64,000 nucleotides of DNA. Origin: Octopus bimaculoides. Its lineage: Eukaryota. The notes beneath the pieces were generated by a model. The model made no database searches, was not told where the DNA came from, and saw nothing but the letters and a program-made list of their open reading frames with translations. Position numbers and translations under genes: made by a program. The first letter of the stretch is position 1. The number at the start of each line of letters is the position of its first letter. The stretch lies in assembly GCF_001194135.2 (NCBI RefSeq), contig NC_068983.1, forward strand, positions 23,130,464 to 23,194,463, in the 5' to 3' direction. This document shows, one piece after another, positions 41,001-55,500 of this stretch.

Positions 41001-41119
41001 ACACACAAAAGTCATTCTGGAATACATTAACAAAGAAAGGTCACCCAACTGATTGGTATGAAGTTGCTCACTGACGCATTCCTGCTTCTGTCCTATGGAA
41101 ATGCTGTCTCCTCTCTTTG

Positions 41120-41180
<61 letters not shown>

Positions 41181-42641
41181 AATACATTTCTAAATCTCTG
41201 AGAGAGATTTATGCAGTAGTGATGTGATAAAGTAGTTGTATGCTGTCAACTTAATGTGACAGTCCCATGAAGGGAATAATACTACTGCTATTTAGCCCTA
41301 GGAGGCAGCACCACCACTTAGCTAAGCCTGCATCATTAAATGTTCACTCTTCCTGCTCAAATGGGTCAGGCAGAATTTGTTGAGGTAGATTTTCTACAGC
41401 TGGACTATCTTTTAAAAAAATGTAAAAATCTGAAATTCAAAGAAAAAATATGGATAAAAATGATGCATTACCTTGGCATGGTCTCGGCTGATACCAACCA
41501 ATTCTGCAGTTTTGCTGTGCATGTCTGTTCCTTCAGATTTTTTACCTTGCAGTGTCATCCAACTTAAGGCAGTGCAGCCTACAAACAGTGAAGAATAAAG
41601 ATAGGAGATTCAAGCCTAAAAATGTCACTTTAAGCATCCTGATTTTTAGAGTATACTCGTTAGTCATCATAGATACTTCTATCGTATAAGCTTACTTGAT
41701 AAGGGTTGGCAGGGCTATGAAACAAGTGATTTATAGTTAGACATAAAAAGCTTCATCATAGATACTTTTATGATATAAGTTTATTTGATAAGGATTGGTA
41801 GGGCTATGAAACAAAGTTAATCATAATAATATTCTGATAGGCACAGGCATGGCTGTTCGGCTATAGAGTTGTTTCAAGTTCTATCTCACTGAGTGACATC
41901 GCAAATGAGTGTCTTTCTACAATAGCTATGAGTTGACCAATGCTGTGAGAGTGGTATCAATAAATGGAAACAGTATGGAAGACCAGTAGAATAATGGAAT
42001 CATTTCCTCAAAAACAGGTAAGGGTTGATGACTGGAAGGGTATTTGGCCATAAAATGCTACTTCAAATAAGTCTCCATCCAACCCATGCAACCATGGAAA
42101 ACTAGACATAAAATGAACAAAGATACCATCATTTATTTAGTTCTTTGAGACATAATACAGAAAAGAAAGAACAAAAGAACTCAACAAATTGCTCTTACCA
42201 TGCAACTGAGTGAAAAAGGAATCCCCAATTAGAGATGCTAACCACAGCTCCTGAGAATCCACATCAGCACCAACAAAGCAATACCCAGGTGGTGATTGCA
42301 CCATTCCTTTTAGTTCACTTCCAATACGATCTTTCTGAAACATTTAAATGAGAACTAAATTCATTAGCAGCAAGTTATTTTTTTCTAACGATTTCAAGGA
42401 TATAATTTTGAAAAACAACTCTGGATCATAAAAAATAATCAATGCCGACTAATATAAGGACATCCTTCTTATACCAGCCCACTGTGACCACCTCTAGGTC
42501 TATGATACAAACTTCCTGCTTTAAAGTGACCTTAGTTAAAACCTTCCATCAAAATGCCATGTCAGTTTATGTTCCAGATACAAAGTTATTTAACTAAATT
42601 CTTCATTATTTTCAGAAGTAATTGAAGCAAAAGCAATGTAT

Positions 42642-42674
<33 letters not shown>

Positions 42675-43521
42675 GTTTAACGTCCGCTTTTCATGCTAGC
42701 ATGGGTTGGACGATTTGACTGAGGACTAGTGAAACCGGATGGCAACACCAGGCTCCAGTCTGATTTGGCAGAGTTTCTACAGCTGGATGCCCTTCCTAAC
42801 GCCAACCAGCTGTAATAATAAATGTAATAATAAAATGTAATAATAAATGTAATAATAAAAGGGTTAAATAAAATGGATCTAGCAACTTAACATCAAAACT
42901 ATACATTCTAACAGGCCAAGAGTTGTAATATATCTAGTCTGTGAGCCTAAATATTTATCTTTTTCCTTCCTTCAATTCCTTTTCTTTTTCCTTCCTTCAA
43001 ATCTATATTCATTCTTATAGATGAAGGTATGGCTGTATGGTTAAGGAGTTTACTTCACAACCACATGGTTTTCGGCTCATTTCTGCTGCATGGAACTATG
43101 AAACCTTAAGCAGCCTAATGCTTTGTGAATGAAACTCATGCTCACTCTCATATAATGTGAAGTGACAATGTATCTTCTCTACAGCAAGAAATCTGTTCCT
43201 GTCCTTTCTATCACACCTCTTAACACCTAGTATATAACTGCCTCCTTCTCTACTGCACTCTCACTCAGGAATGTCTTTAGTCTTGCTAGTTACATGGTGA
43301 CCTCACTAATGCTGGTGCAATGAAAACAGCAACCAGTACATTCAATAAAATGGTTGGCATTAGGAAGATCATCTTGCCATAGAAACCATGTTGAAGTACA
43401 CAGTGAAGCATTATGCAATCCTCCAACTTGTCACACCCTGTTGAACCATCCAGCCCATGACAGCATAGTATATGGATATTGCAAGACAATAATAATGATG
43501 ATAAATACATACACACACACG

Positions 43522-43552
<31 letters not shown>

Positions 43553-46500
43553 TTGTGTGTGTGTTTGTGTGTGTGTGTCGGTGTCTTGATATTGCTGATG
43601 TTGAAGTGTAAAAAACCAGTATCAATGCTTAGGTAGCAGTGTCATTATTGGTGTCTGCCACAAAAGCATATCCAGCTGTTGAGTATTTCATCACATGTGG
43701 AGCCTGGTGTAGCCATCTGGTTTCACCAGTCTTCAGTCAAATCGTCCAATCCATGCTAGCATGGAAAGCAGACGTTAAACGATGATGATGATGAAAGACC
43801 GAGGAAATAAGTATTTTACTTGTAAACAAGTAAGGGCTGGCAAAAGGATGGACACCTGACTTTAGAATACTGCCTGAACAGGTTTCATCCAACCCATGCC
43901 AGCATGGAAACAACAACATAAAACTGATGATGAAAATGATGATTAAAACTAGAAGCTACTACTTGTAAAATGAAATCAAAAGATACATACAAAAACGTTG
44001 CTGGCTGTCAGCCATGTTGGTTCAACAGCACGTCGAGTAACAGTACCGACTGGAATAATCCGAGGTACAATGGCACCATACTGCTTAACAACTGAATATT
44101 CTTTGTTCCTTTAATGAACATATAAAATTTAAAATATCAATTAAAAGCAGAAATATAATAACGGTAGTTTGTTTCAAAGGAAATCATCTTACTCCCCCCC
44201 CCAAAAAGGGTTGGGGAGGCTGAGTGGTGGGGAACTACTGGCTACTACTAACTAGTTGAAAATATGAGGTCAAACTCTGCCCTTGGTAGTGATTTATAGC
44301 AAGACATATAAAAAGCTTCACTTTCTTTTTTCATCAATGTAATTCAATTCAATAATAGAGCTTGATATTAACCACAAATTGAAGGTGTCAAGCTGGCAGA
44401 ATCGCTAGCACGCCGAGAGAAATGCTTAGCGGTATTTCGTCTGTCTTTATGTTCTGAGTTCAAATTCCACCGAGGTCGACTTTGCCTTTCATCCTTTCGG
44501 GGTCGATAAATTAAGTACCAGTTGCATACTGGGGTCGATCTAATCAACTGGCCCCTCCCCCCAAAATTTCGGGCCTTGTGCCTAGAGTAGAAAAGGATAT
44601 TAACCACAAATCTGGAATCAAAATGATAATGACTCTGAAATTCATGTACAATCTTGCTGTAGCTTGACAACTTTTGTTGAATATTTCATAGTAACATTAA
44701 CTATTTTCAATAAATGTATTTCCTAATGCTTTATCGAAGGTTAAATTAAACCTGCAGATAATATATATGATAAAAAGAAAAGAGCAATGTCTATAGACCC
44801 TCATTTAAACATCTCAAATTATTATGGCAAAAAACAGAGTGATAGATTAAGTACCAAACTTTAAGATATGTACAAGGGTCACTTTGATCAATTAAACCCT
44901 TCAAGGCAGTGCCCCAGCATGGCAATAGTCTGGTGAGAAAAGAGTATGTATATATTTAATGGCTCTTGTGTTAATTTTAGAAAATGAGGGTTATAGCTGT
45001 TTGATAAGAGGAGGACTGAAAACTTGATGGGGATGCTGGAGTGGAGGAATCAGTAGAATGGCTGGCAAGGGCGAATGGAGTGTGGTGGTACGGGCATGTG
45101 TTGAGGAGGGATGAAGAGCATGTTGTGAGGAGGATGCTAGAGTTTGAGGTGAATGGACGGCAAAAGTGAGGTAGACCGAGGAAAATGTGGAAGGGACAGG
45201 TGGAGGGGGAGATTGAGGGGGGTGGGGGATTGAGAATGGAGGATGCCTAAAACTGAGCAAAATGGCAAGATGGTGTAAGGATGGTTGCTATGGCATTGTG
45301 GTAGATCCTGCCACCCCGGTTAACGGGGACAAAACCTGAATTCAAAATGATGGATGGAAGGATGGATATGGACTAGTTGATTTTATACACACATACATAA
45401 GTAAAGACATCTACTAGAGTGGCCTAAGCTAAAAAAATAAATAAATAAATAAATAAAAAACAGAACAAGCCCTAGAAGTCAAACTATACATATACTGCTA
45501 GTGATTACACCAAGTGAAATCTGAACAAATTCAATTATCAAAAGACTCTAAAAATGTTTCACTAGTTTCTTAACTACACAGGCATGCCTGTGTAATTAAA
45601 ATAAAATTCAATTTGTTAGAGACCTACCTAATAACTGCAGGAGGAAGTTCACTGTGCTTTGCCCAAACAACCATTTGTGACCTAATAAGCCAAAAATAAA
45701 AATTATAACAATTTATATTCCCTTTTCCACAGAAGAGTTCTTAGACAAGTTCTTTGGGTAGATTTGTAATGAGAATTGAAAGAATCTAACATTTCTTCTT
45801 CCAAGAGAGAGAGAATATAGAGAAATGTCATGAATATCTAAGTAGATGGTTCTAATAGAGCACTATTTTTCACTGTTTTCCCAATTTTAAATGGAATGCA
45901 AATTGCTCCATCAAACTTGCTTGATGCATAGTCCTCAGGACCAAGTTCTCTCAAGAAGCAACAAACCTCAATAAATATTGGAACAAGAATAATATGTAGT
46001 TGGTTACAAAATTGTGATTAAAATTTTATTATTTTATAAAGACAAACTTTATTACATTTCTTTTCTATAAATGGCTTTTCTAAATAGTTAGAGGTAACTG
46101 ACATAACAGTATTTCCATTCATCTACCATTATTGGTGAATTTGATTTGTGAAACTAAATTTTCTTGGATTTGTTGTAATTATTTTTCCCAACTCTTCTCT
46201 GCTCTGTCACTTCATCTTTTACCATACAATCTACAACTATGAGATACCTCCCTTGAAAAGTGTATGAGTACCGTTCGTAGGCTGATATGTAAGACAGGTG
46301 GTTACACATAAGACAGGTGGTAACCTATAATTAAACAACAATAAAACCAGTAATTACACTGTTAACTCCTAAATTAATTAAATATAAATTATTCAATGGT
46401 TCAAAAATAAATTTATTTACTCAATTCTTTTCTGGTTATTCTTCCAGTAAGAGCACAACTTGCTAATAAGGAGCACAGCATTAGCATAATCACCACCAGC

Positions 46501-49500
46501 AGAAGCCCTTAATGTGCCATCTGTAACTTTCTTTAAGTAATCCTTTGCCAATATATTTCCCACTCTTTTATTCTTACCATCCTACGTATACAAAAGAAAG
46601 AAACCAATGATAAGGACAAAAAATATTTAATCAATGAAGAAAAAACAAAAGTGAAATAGCCAAGGTTGTATAAGCAAATGAAGGAGTTTATATATATAGT
46701 TGCTTGACATGTTAGAAAAAAATGCAATCAGATCTCCCTCAAACCACATTTTATTGTTTTAAATAAAGGATACATTGGATATTTTTTTTTTCCAAAAAGA
46801 TGAAAGGTAAAGTTGACTTCAGCAGGATTTGAACTCAGAGTGACCAGAGTGCCTGAATTCTGCCACATGAAAAAACACTGGTGATGGTGTCATGTAAAAA
46901 GCACCCAGTACACTCTGTAAAGTGGATGGCATTAGGAAGGTTACCTAGCTGTAGAAACCAAGCCAAAACAGACTATGAAACCTGGTGTGGCCTCTGGCCT
47001 TGCCAGCTCCAGTCAAGCTGTCCAACCCATGCCAGAATGGAAAATGGATGTTGAATGATGATATATATATATATATATATATAGCAGGATGGTCACAGGT
47101 GGAATGCCTTTGACCATAGATATGCCCAATCTGTTCAACAACAACTTAATTTAGTTTTGTTTACACCTACATAACCACAACTATGATTTAGATATATCCA
47201 ATTTATCTTGCAGGTATTGTTTGCAACAGTCTATATTTAAATCAAATATACATATTTTCTTCAGGTCCTTCCATTGCTCATTAATTCTGTAATGAGCCAT
47301 TAATCTCAAAGCGTATCAGCCAGATGTTGGTGCAGCCATCTCTCTAGCCATTAATCCTGGATTTTTTGATAGATCAAAGGTGAGCAGATTGAGAAGATGA
47401 CTGTTCATGACTACATAGGTACCTAAAACAGTTAGCAAAAGCATGGTATATGATACCGAGCTAATTCTCACTACTGTATACCTGTGAGACATGGAGAGTG
47501 TATGAATGCTATGCCAAAAAACTAAACCACTTCCACATGAACTGCTTGAGAAAGCTGTTGAAAACTACCTAGCAAGGCAAGATCCCAGAAATAGAGGTCC
47601 TCTCTTGAGCTGATCTTCCAAACACAGTGCTGAGGAGAGGGCAACTCAGGTGTGCAGGCCACCTTGCTTGAATGCCTGACACACAACTCATCCTGCTTGG
47701 CAAAAATGCACCAACAGACATTCTACCTACTACAAACAGAACAAGATTACAAAGAAAACATGAACTGCACAAATCCAGAGCCAACTCCTTGCCTTCAGTC
47801 CCAGCAGACCACCAGAGCCTTCTGAGCATGCATTGGACTGATTTGCTACAGCAGACACACTGTGACCTATTTTCTCCCATGTGATGTCCAAGTTCATTGT
47901 CGACATAGACAGACAAACTAATAACTCACTCATGAGTCACAATTAGCTATATTGAACTTGATCATAGCTTGAACATGAATCTCTTTGAACAATCAGATTT
48001 GACACCAGACTAAACAAACATCTAAAACTGTCAAGCAAAATGCAAGTCTAAATTATCTTGAAAAATAATTACTTTGTGTGGAATTTTAAAGAAATAAACT
48101 GGAATATTTTCAATAATGAAAGGCCCTTCTCCAGTGTGGTATGCAGGATGACTGTTTCTGTCATAATTCTGTAAAGAAACAAAGAAATATATGTACTTGA
48201 TATATTGAAGTAGATTATAGTTTCTAAAGACTGCATGTGTCACCAAGTGAGTTCATAGAGAAGAATAAAATGACATTCATTAAAGCTGAAATCACTAAAA
48301 TGTATGCTAACATAACAGGTATATAAAAGTGTTCAATAAATAATTAAGTTTTAAATGAAAATAGTCACTAATGGTGGTTGACATCTTTTGCAATGATTTC
48401 ATAACTGATATTTAAAAGAAAAAAGATTTTACTCCAAAAAAGGCTTCACCACAGTTAGACTAAGGCTGGAAGAAATAAATTAAAAGATACTATTGCTAGG
48501 AATGTCATAAGCCAATCTCAAGTCAAAGTCTTCTATGAGGTTATAAGGTTATAGTACCAATAAAAGATCTTCTTCGGTTATAAATGTACCTAGAAAGTTC
48601 CCCTCTGATGTACAACTCCAAGCAAGTTTATGAAAGACCAGCAGTCTCTCATACATACCAGCCTCCTCTCTCCAAGACACCAATGTTATCCAAAGGAAAG
48701 GCAAAGACTGGTACAGTTTGGCATCAGTGACACCACAATTCATTTCTACAGCTGAGTAAACTGGAGCAATGTGAAATAAAGTGTCTTGCTCAAGAACACA
48801 GTACACAGCCTGGTCTGGAAATCAAACTCACCATCTCATGACTATGAGCCTGTCGCTCTAACCACCGAGCCATGCACCTCCACCAATAGTTTAGTGGATA
48901 AAGCATGGAGTGCAACGTCATAGATTCTGAGTTCATAAGGTGAGATGTGATTGCGTGGTAAGAAATTTGCTTCCCAATCACATGGCTTTGGATTCAGTCC
49001 TGCTGCATGGTACCTTGGACCAACCAATGCCTGTCAGTGAATCTGGTAGAATGGAAACTGAAAGAAGCCCATGATAAGTGTGTGGGGGTGGTGGGGGTGC
49101 GCACGCATATTTCCCGGTCTTGACATAACAAGATTGTTGTAAATTAAAGTCATTCATTTCCAATATCCTGCAAAAACATGTCAGGCCATGGTGAAATAAA
49201 TAAATTGCTTGGAAACAGGTAATGGAGTTGGCAGCAGGAAGAGCATCCAGCCAGTGAAAAATCTGCTTCAATAAACTCCATTTGACTTACATGTGCATGG
49301 AAAAGTGGATTTTAAAAAGTAGATGATGATATGATTTCCAAAGCAAGTATTTTATAGCACCTCTAAGAAGTGTTTATTGTGTGAAACAGTTTTCAATGCT
49401 ACCTATCATCTTCATCATCATTTAATGTCCATTTTCCATGCTGGTATGGGTTGGACAGTTTGACAGAAGCTGGCCAGGCCAAGAGGCTGCACCAGGCTCC

Positions 49501-52500
49501 ATTGTCTGTTCTGGCACAGTTTCTATGGCTAGATGCCCTTCCTAACATCAACCACTCCACAGACTCTACTGGGTGTTTTTTATGTGGCACCAGTACTGGC
49601 ATCAACTCTGCTGTGACAGACAAGCCTTCCTGAGTACAGCAAGGCACCAGATATCTCGTCCCTTTGTTATCTCCTACATAAAGCTCAGTATCTTTAGATC
49701 AGCCTTCAATATTTCGTCCCATGTCTTCCTGGATCTCTCTCTTCTACAAGCTTCATTCACTTTAAGTGATTGGTACTTCTGTATGCAACTGTCAAAGCAA
49801 TATTAGAATTGTCTAAAAGAGAAAAGTCTTTCTCATGTACAGAATTGAGAACTATGTCAGTGTTTTAAAGAGTTCCTGCAGCTAAAAGTATCATTTATCA
49901 AATGTGTGGGGAAAAAAGAAAACTTTCTCTGAGCAAAAAACTCCTTACCTTCGAAAATCCAGCTTTTCGCCAATGTTTGTTTTTCTCTTTGGCATCCATA
50001 CATTTATCATCACTGTAGTTCATGCAGGAATGAATATTCTCTTTTAACACTGTGGATGATGCAGAAGTCTTGGACATGTTGTTACACAGTTGAAGAAATT
50101 GCCTAAAATTCAATTTTAAAAGTGATTACAAAAACAACAAATAAAATTAAACCTTTAGCATTCAGAACTACTCTGTCAAATGTAATGTTTATATTTTTTT
50201 ATCTTTTACTCGTTTCAGTCATTAGACTGTGGCCATGCTGGGGCACCACCTTTTGGCCAGATATAGCCAGTTTAAACGCTAAAGAGTTTTCAAACAAATT
50301 GCTCCTAGGACTTATAATTTTTAAGTCAGGTACTTATTTATTCCATTGTTCTCTTTTGCTGGATCACTAAGTAATGGGGATGTAAACAAACCAGCACTGG
50401 GTGTCAAGTGGTGATGAAAACACACACACACAGTGGACTTCCACACAGTTACCATATACATTCACAAGGCAATAGTTATCCCGGGGCTTTAACAGAAGAC
50501 ACTTGTCCAAGGCGCAATGCAATGGGATTGAACCCAAAATCACATGAATGCAAAGCAACTTCTTAACCACTCATCCATGCCTGCAGCTATGTATTTATAA
50601 ATGAAATATGCTTACAATAAAAGAAAAAGTATTATCACTTACTCAATAGGAAATTTTGGTTCAATATTCCCTTCGTCTTCGTCATTTCCATCTTCAAATT
50701 CCTCGTTATCTACAATTAAAACATCAGGACATTCAGCAGATGTATCTTTGGACTGTTGAGAAGGATGAACATGGTCTTTAGGTACAAGATAACCCCATCC
50801 ATATTTATCATCAAAATGCACAGGATAACCATCCCATGTAAGACGGAGTAATTTTGGTGTGATTCGTAGTTGAGGTGTTATTAGTGATGGTCCTGCCTCC
50901 CAGTCAGGCGCATTCATTCGGGGACAAAGTTTCCGATACCACCTGTGAGAACAGAAAAATAAAGCTTAATTACATCAACAATACAACTGAGTGAAAATAC
51001 CTCATGGGAACATATTGCTTACTCAATACAAATATAATAGGGTCTCATATTCAATATTGAGTTGAAAAATTATAACCAACCAAAATTAACCAAGTAATTA
51101 CTACACAAAAGTTCCGTCAAGAAAGTTTTAAAATCTTAATTCACTTGTTGCTTCTACTACTTCCTCTACAAACGTTTAACCCTTTCACCGAGAAATTAAA
51201 TTTCATGTTATTCCAGTAATGAAGTTACATCACCATCATGATGATCATCACCATTTAGCATTTGTTTTCCATGCTGGCATGGGTTGGATAGTTTAACTGG
51301 AATTGGTAAGCTAGAGAGCTGCACCAGGCTCCAGTCTGTTTTGGCTTGGATTCTACAGCTGGGTACCCCCACTAATGCCAACAACTCCATAGAGTGTAAA
51401 TATCTACCAAAAAATAAAATTGTTTTCTTCTGCAGGTCACCATTGCCTCAATAAACTTGACAGATTTCATGTTCAGGAGAAAGAAAAAAAGGTTCTTTAC
51501 TTCTAAAAAGTTTGAAAACCCCTGATTTAGGATGTATGTGGTTGTAGCAGCAACAGTTTTCTCCTAGATGTGGGAAGTGTATATCCATTGTGGATCACCC
51601 TTGAGCTTTGGACTCAACAACTGATGGGGCTGGAATTTGTTAATCTCTTCTCTTTTACTTGTTTCAGTCATTTGACTGCGGCCATGCTGGAGCACTGCCT
51701 TTAGTTGAGAAAATCGACCCCAGGACTTATTCTTTGTAAGCCTAGTACTTATTCAATCGGTCTCTTTTTGCCGAACCGTTAAGTTACGGGGACGTAAACA
51801 CACCAGCATCGGTTGTCAAGCGATGGCGGGGGGACAAACACAGGCACAAAAACATACACACATATATAAATATATATATATATATACCTACATATATACG
51901 ACGGGCTTCTTTCAGTTTCTGTCTACCAAATCCACTCAAGGCTTTGGTCGGCCCGAGGCTATAGTAGAAGACACTTGCCCAAGGTGCCACGCAGTGCGAC
52001 TGAACCCGGAACCATGTGGTTGGTAAGCAAGCTACTTACCACACAGCCACTCCTGCGCCTTTGATATTTATTTTTAATTTTTAACTAAATGTATTAAAAT
52101 CTTTAGAAAGGAATACTGAAAAAGATGAATAGTTCCAATAATTATCAACATTCTAATAGAGGGTGATATTATTAATGTTTTGTAAAGGCTCGGAAACTTT
52201 TTAGAAGTAAAGAACCTTTTTTTCTTTATCCTGAACATGAAATCTGTCAAGTTTATTGAGGCAATGGTGACCTGCAGAAGAAAACAATTTATATTTCAGG
52301 CTTTACCTTAGGGACCCCCTTATAAACGCTTATGAAATTTATACATAAATATTTGCTTAAAATAACATATATTTTTACATTTATTTATTTAACAGTATTT
52401 AACAAATAGGTTTATTGTCAATTAAAAGATTTCGATTAAAAAACATATATAAAATCAAATTGCCCACTATATTGTCAATCCTTTCAACATACAGTATCAA

Positions 52501-55500
52501 TTTTCTAGAATTCCCCACTTCCCATGCATTCCTGGAATCATCAACTTTCAGTTGTTCAAAACGAACACCAACCACATGAATATTATCAATCATGGAAGGC
52601 CATGCAAATGTCATTAAGTGGAATCTCTTCTTTTTGTCTAAACAATTAAATAACACATTATTAAATAATCAAATACTTCACGAGTGGAATTCTGCTTTAC
52701 ACACAGCATATAACCTCTTGTAACTTCTTTATTTTTTGGAATTTTCAGAAAAGTTTTACAAATTTGTGCTCCACACTCTGGAATTCATACAACTATGCAA
52801 TAAAAAAAAAAATAATAAAAATTCTTTTTTAAATTCTAAATTATGATTTAGCTGTTATTTTTAGCACATCTCATGAAATACACATGAAATACATTCGAGT
52901 GAGATCGTTGCCAGTGCCGCTGGACTGGCTCCTGTGCAGATGGCACGTAAAATACACCATTTTGAGCATGGCCATTGCCAGTACCGCCTGACTGGCCTTC
53001 ATGCTGGTGGCACGTAAAAGTACCGACTACACTCTTGGAGTGGTTGGCATTAGGAAAGGGCATCCAGCTGTAGAAACTCTGCCAAATTAGATTGGAGCCT
53101 GGTGTAGCCATCTGGTTCGCCAGTCCTTAGTCAAATCGTCCAACCCATGCTAGCATGGAAAGCAGACGTTAAATGATTATGATCACCTTATATTGTCCTC
53201 ATTTGTTTGTCACTGACATATTGAGGTTTTTCAGTATCTTTCTCCCAATAAACACATTTAATGGTCTATTGCTAGTATTTAAGCCAAAAATTCTGACTGT
53301 ATTTTAACCTGCTATTTTAAAAATAAAAAAGATTTTTTTTTTTAATTTTGTAAAATTAAAAAAAAATTTTTTTTTTGGCATAGTCATATGAATTTTTGTG
53401 TGTAGAACAGATTCTGAAACATTTTCTGAAAATTTCCCCAAATCAAAATGTTATGAGGGATAATATGCCATACATAAAGCAGAATTCTGTCATTTCATGT
53501 TTAAAAAAGTAATTTCCAAATTATCTTACTCAGGATATCCTGGTTTGTGAGTGGGCCGTTTGTACAAAGAAGAGGCTGTTGAGAGGATTTTCTGAAACAC
53601 AGTTTCAAATTCATCATCTGACTCATCAAGACTAACTGAAACTTTTTTCTAAAAAAAGAGAAAAACAAAGAAAATAAATAATGCAACAAATGGCAAAATA
53701 AAACTAATAAATTAGTCATAAAAAGCAAATATATCTTTATGGAAAACAGACGTTAAATAAATGATGGTCCTGCCCCATGCTGGGGCAACACCTTGAAGAA
53801 TTTGGAGTCAAATGTATTGATCCCAGTACTTATTATTTTCATTTTTAAAGCCTGATACTTATTCTATCAGAGCAAATCAACCCCAGTACTTATTCTAATG
53901 GTCTCTTTTGCCGAACCGCTAAGTTACAGGGACATAAACACACCAGCATCGGTTGTCAAGCGATGGTGGGGGGACAAACACAAACACACAAATATATAAT
54001 TTGCAGTCCATGGGAAGAGCCGTTTTAACGATGCGTCCTACCCAGCTCTTCGAAACGCCGGTGTTAAAACGGGGGTAGCTGATGAAGGAAAATGTTCTCT
54101 ATGTGGCTTGTGTGTTTTCTGTACTCTGATTATCATTATTTTCTTGTCTACGTTTTGTTTGCAATGTCCTGTACCCAGATATGCACCTATACATACAGGT
54201 GGATGTCGGTATGCACATACCTGTACGTATATATGCATATACTCATTTACTATTTGTTTTTATATATATATATATATATATATACAACGGGCTTCATTCA
54301 GTTTCCATCTACCAAATCATCCACTCACAAGGCTTTGGTTGGCCTGAAGCTATAGTAGAAGATACTTGCCCAAGGTGCCATGCTGGGGCACTGCATTGAA
54401 GAATTTATTTTAGCTGAATAAATCGACCGCAGTCCTTATTTGTTTTTAAAGCCTGGTACTTATTCTAACGGTCTCTTTTGCCAAACTTCTATGTTTTATA
54501 TATATGACAATTACTTACCTTAGCTGGAAGTTTCTTCATTTTAAATTTTGCAACAGACCAATCTAAATCCCACAGCCAAATATCATCTTTATATCTATGT
54601 TAATGAAAGAAGATAAAAAACAAAATTTACAAACTTACATAGCAATGTAAAGTTGTGTGTATAAAAGTATAAAGTTATCTATAGACTTAAACCAATATTC
54701 AGTTTAACATAACTACATGGCAATCGGGTGCCTTTAATTGCATGTACTCCATTGCAAGAACTTGGGGGTAGATTTTCAATCTAAAAGTAACTCTCTGTTT
54801 TACCCATCAGCTTCATGCGTCTTGGAAAAATTCATGGGTGCTGCCTTCTACCTTTACTGACTATATTATTGTTTAGGTAATTCTCTGCTGAGTCTTCCAG
54901 AGATGCTTCCAGCCACCTCAGTCCTCCATACATCTTGTTAACTTGTCAGGAGTTTCTAGTGCTACATCTTCCTTTAGAGTAGTCACAGGAAAACTGCAAC
55001 CTGCGGGGCATGTGTAACAACTAACTTGAATTTTTTTTTAGTAATGCAGCCCACCTGCTGATAAGACATGTCTCATGCAGGTCACTTCCCAAAGAGGGTT
55101 GTCCAAGCCTGCTTTAGAACATTCATATATGTTGGCATGGGATGCTCTTTCCTTTGACATTATGTTGGTTTCCATAGCACCAGCTGCCTGTCAGGCTGGA
55201 AACTCCTGGTGTCTCTGACAATAACAACATAGCCTTATTCTTCTGATAGTTTTTTTCACTCAAACCTAGCTACCTCCAATACATACAATTGTTACTAACA
55301 AGCTTTGACAAAGGCAGGTTAAAAAAAATAATACAATAGTTAAATTAGGGTTAACATATAGAAAGCATAAAAAAAATCTGACAAGAAATAAATATGTAAG
55401 TAGAAAACAAACAATATGAGTCTATTATTAATTACATTTGTATTTTTCCAGCAAGTATGGATGACAACTCCAGTTATGTTTTATTCTTATTCTGACCTTC

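Noticed and set aside
41664-41814. Duplicated unit containing ATGATGA on the minus strand as possible tandem C/D snoRNAs
   Set aside because: No D box (CTGA) or terminal stem at a suitable distance; it looks like a local duplication.
42809-42862. (TGTAATAATAAA)x4 minisatellite
   Set aside because: It is slippage amplification of a piggyBac-MITE subterminal motif next to a family-C insertion.
47265-47380. Apparent + strand exon (ttcag|GTCC...AAAG|gtgagc) inside a POLG intron
   Set aside because: It has stops in all three frames and no recognisable product.
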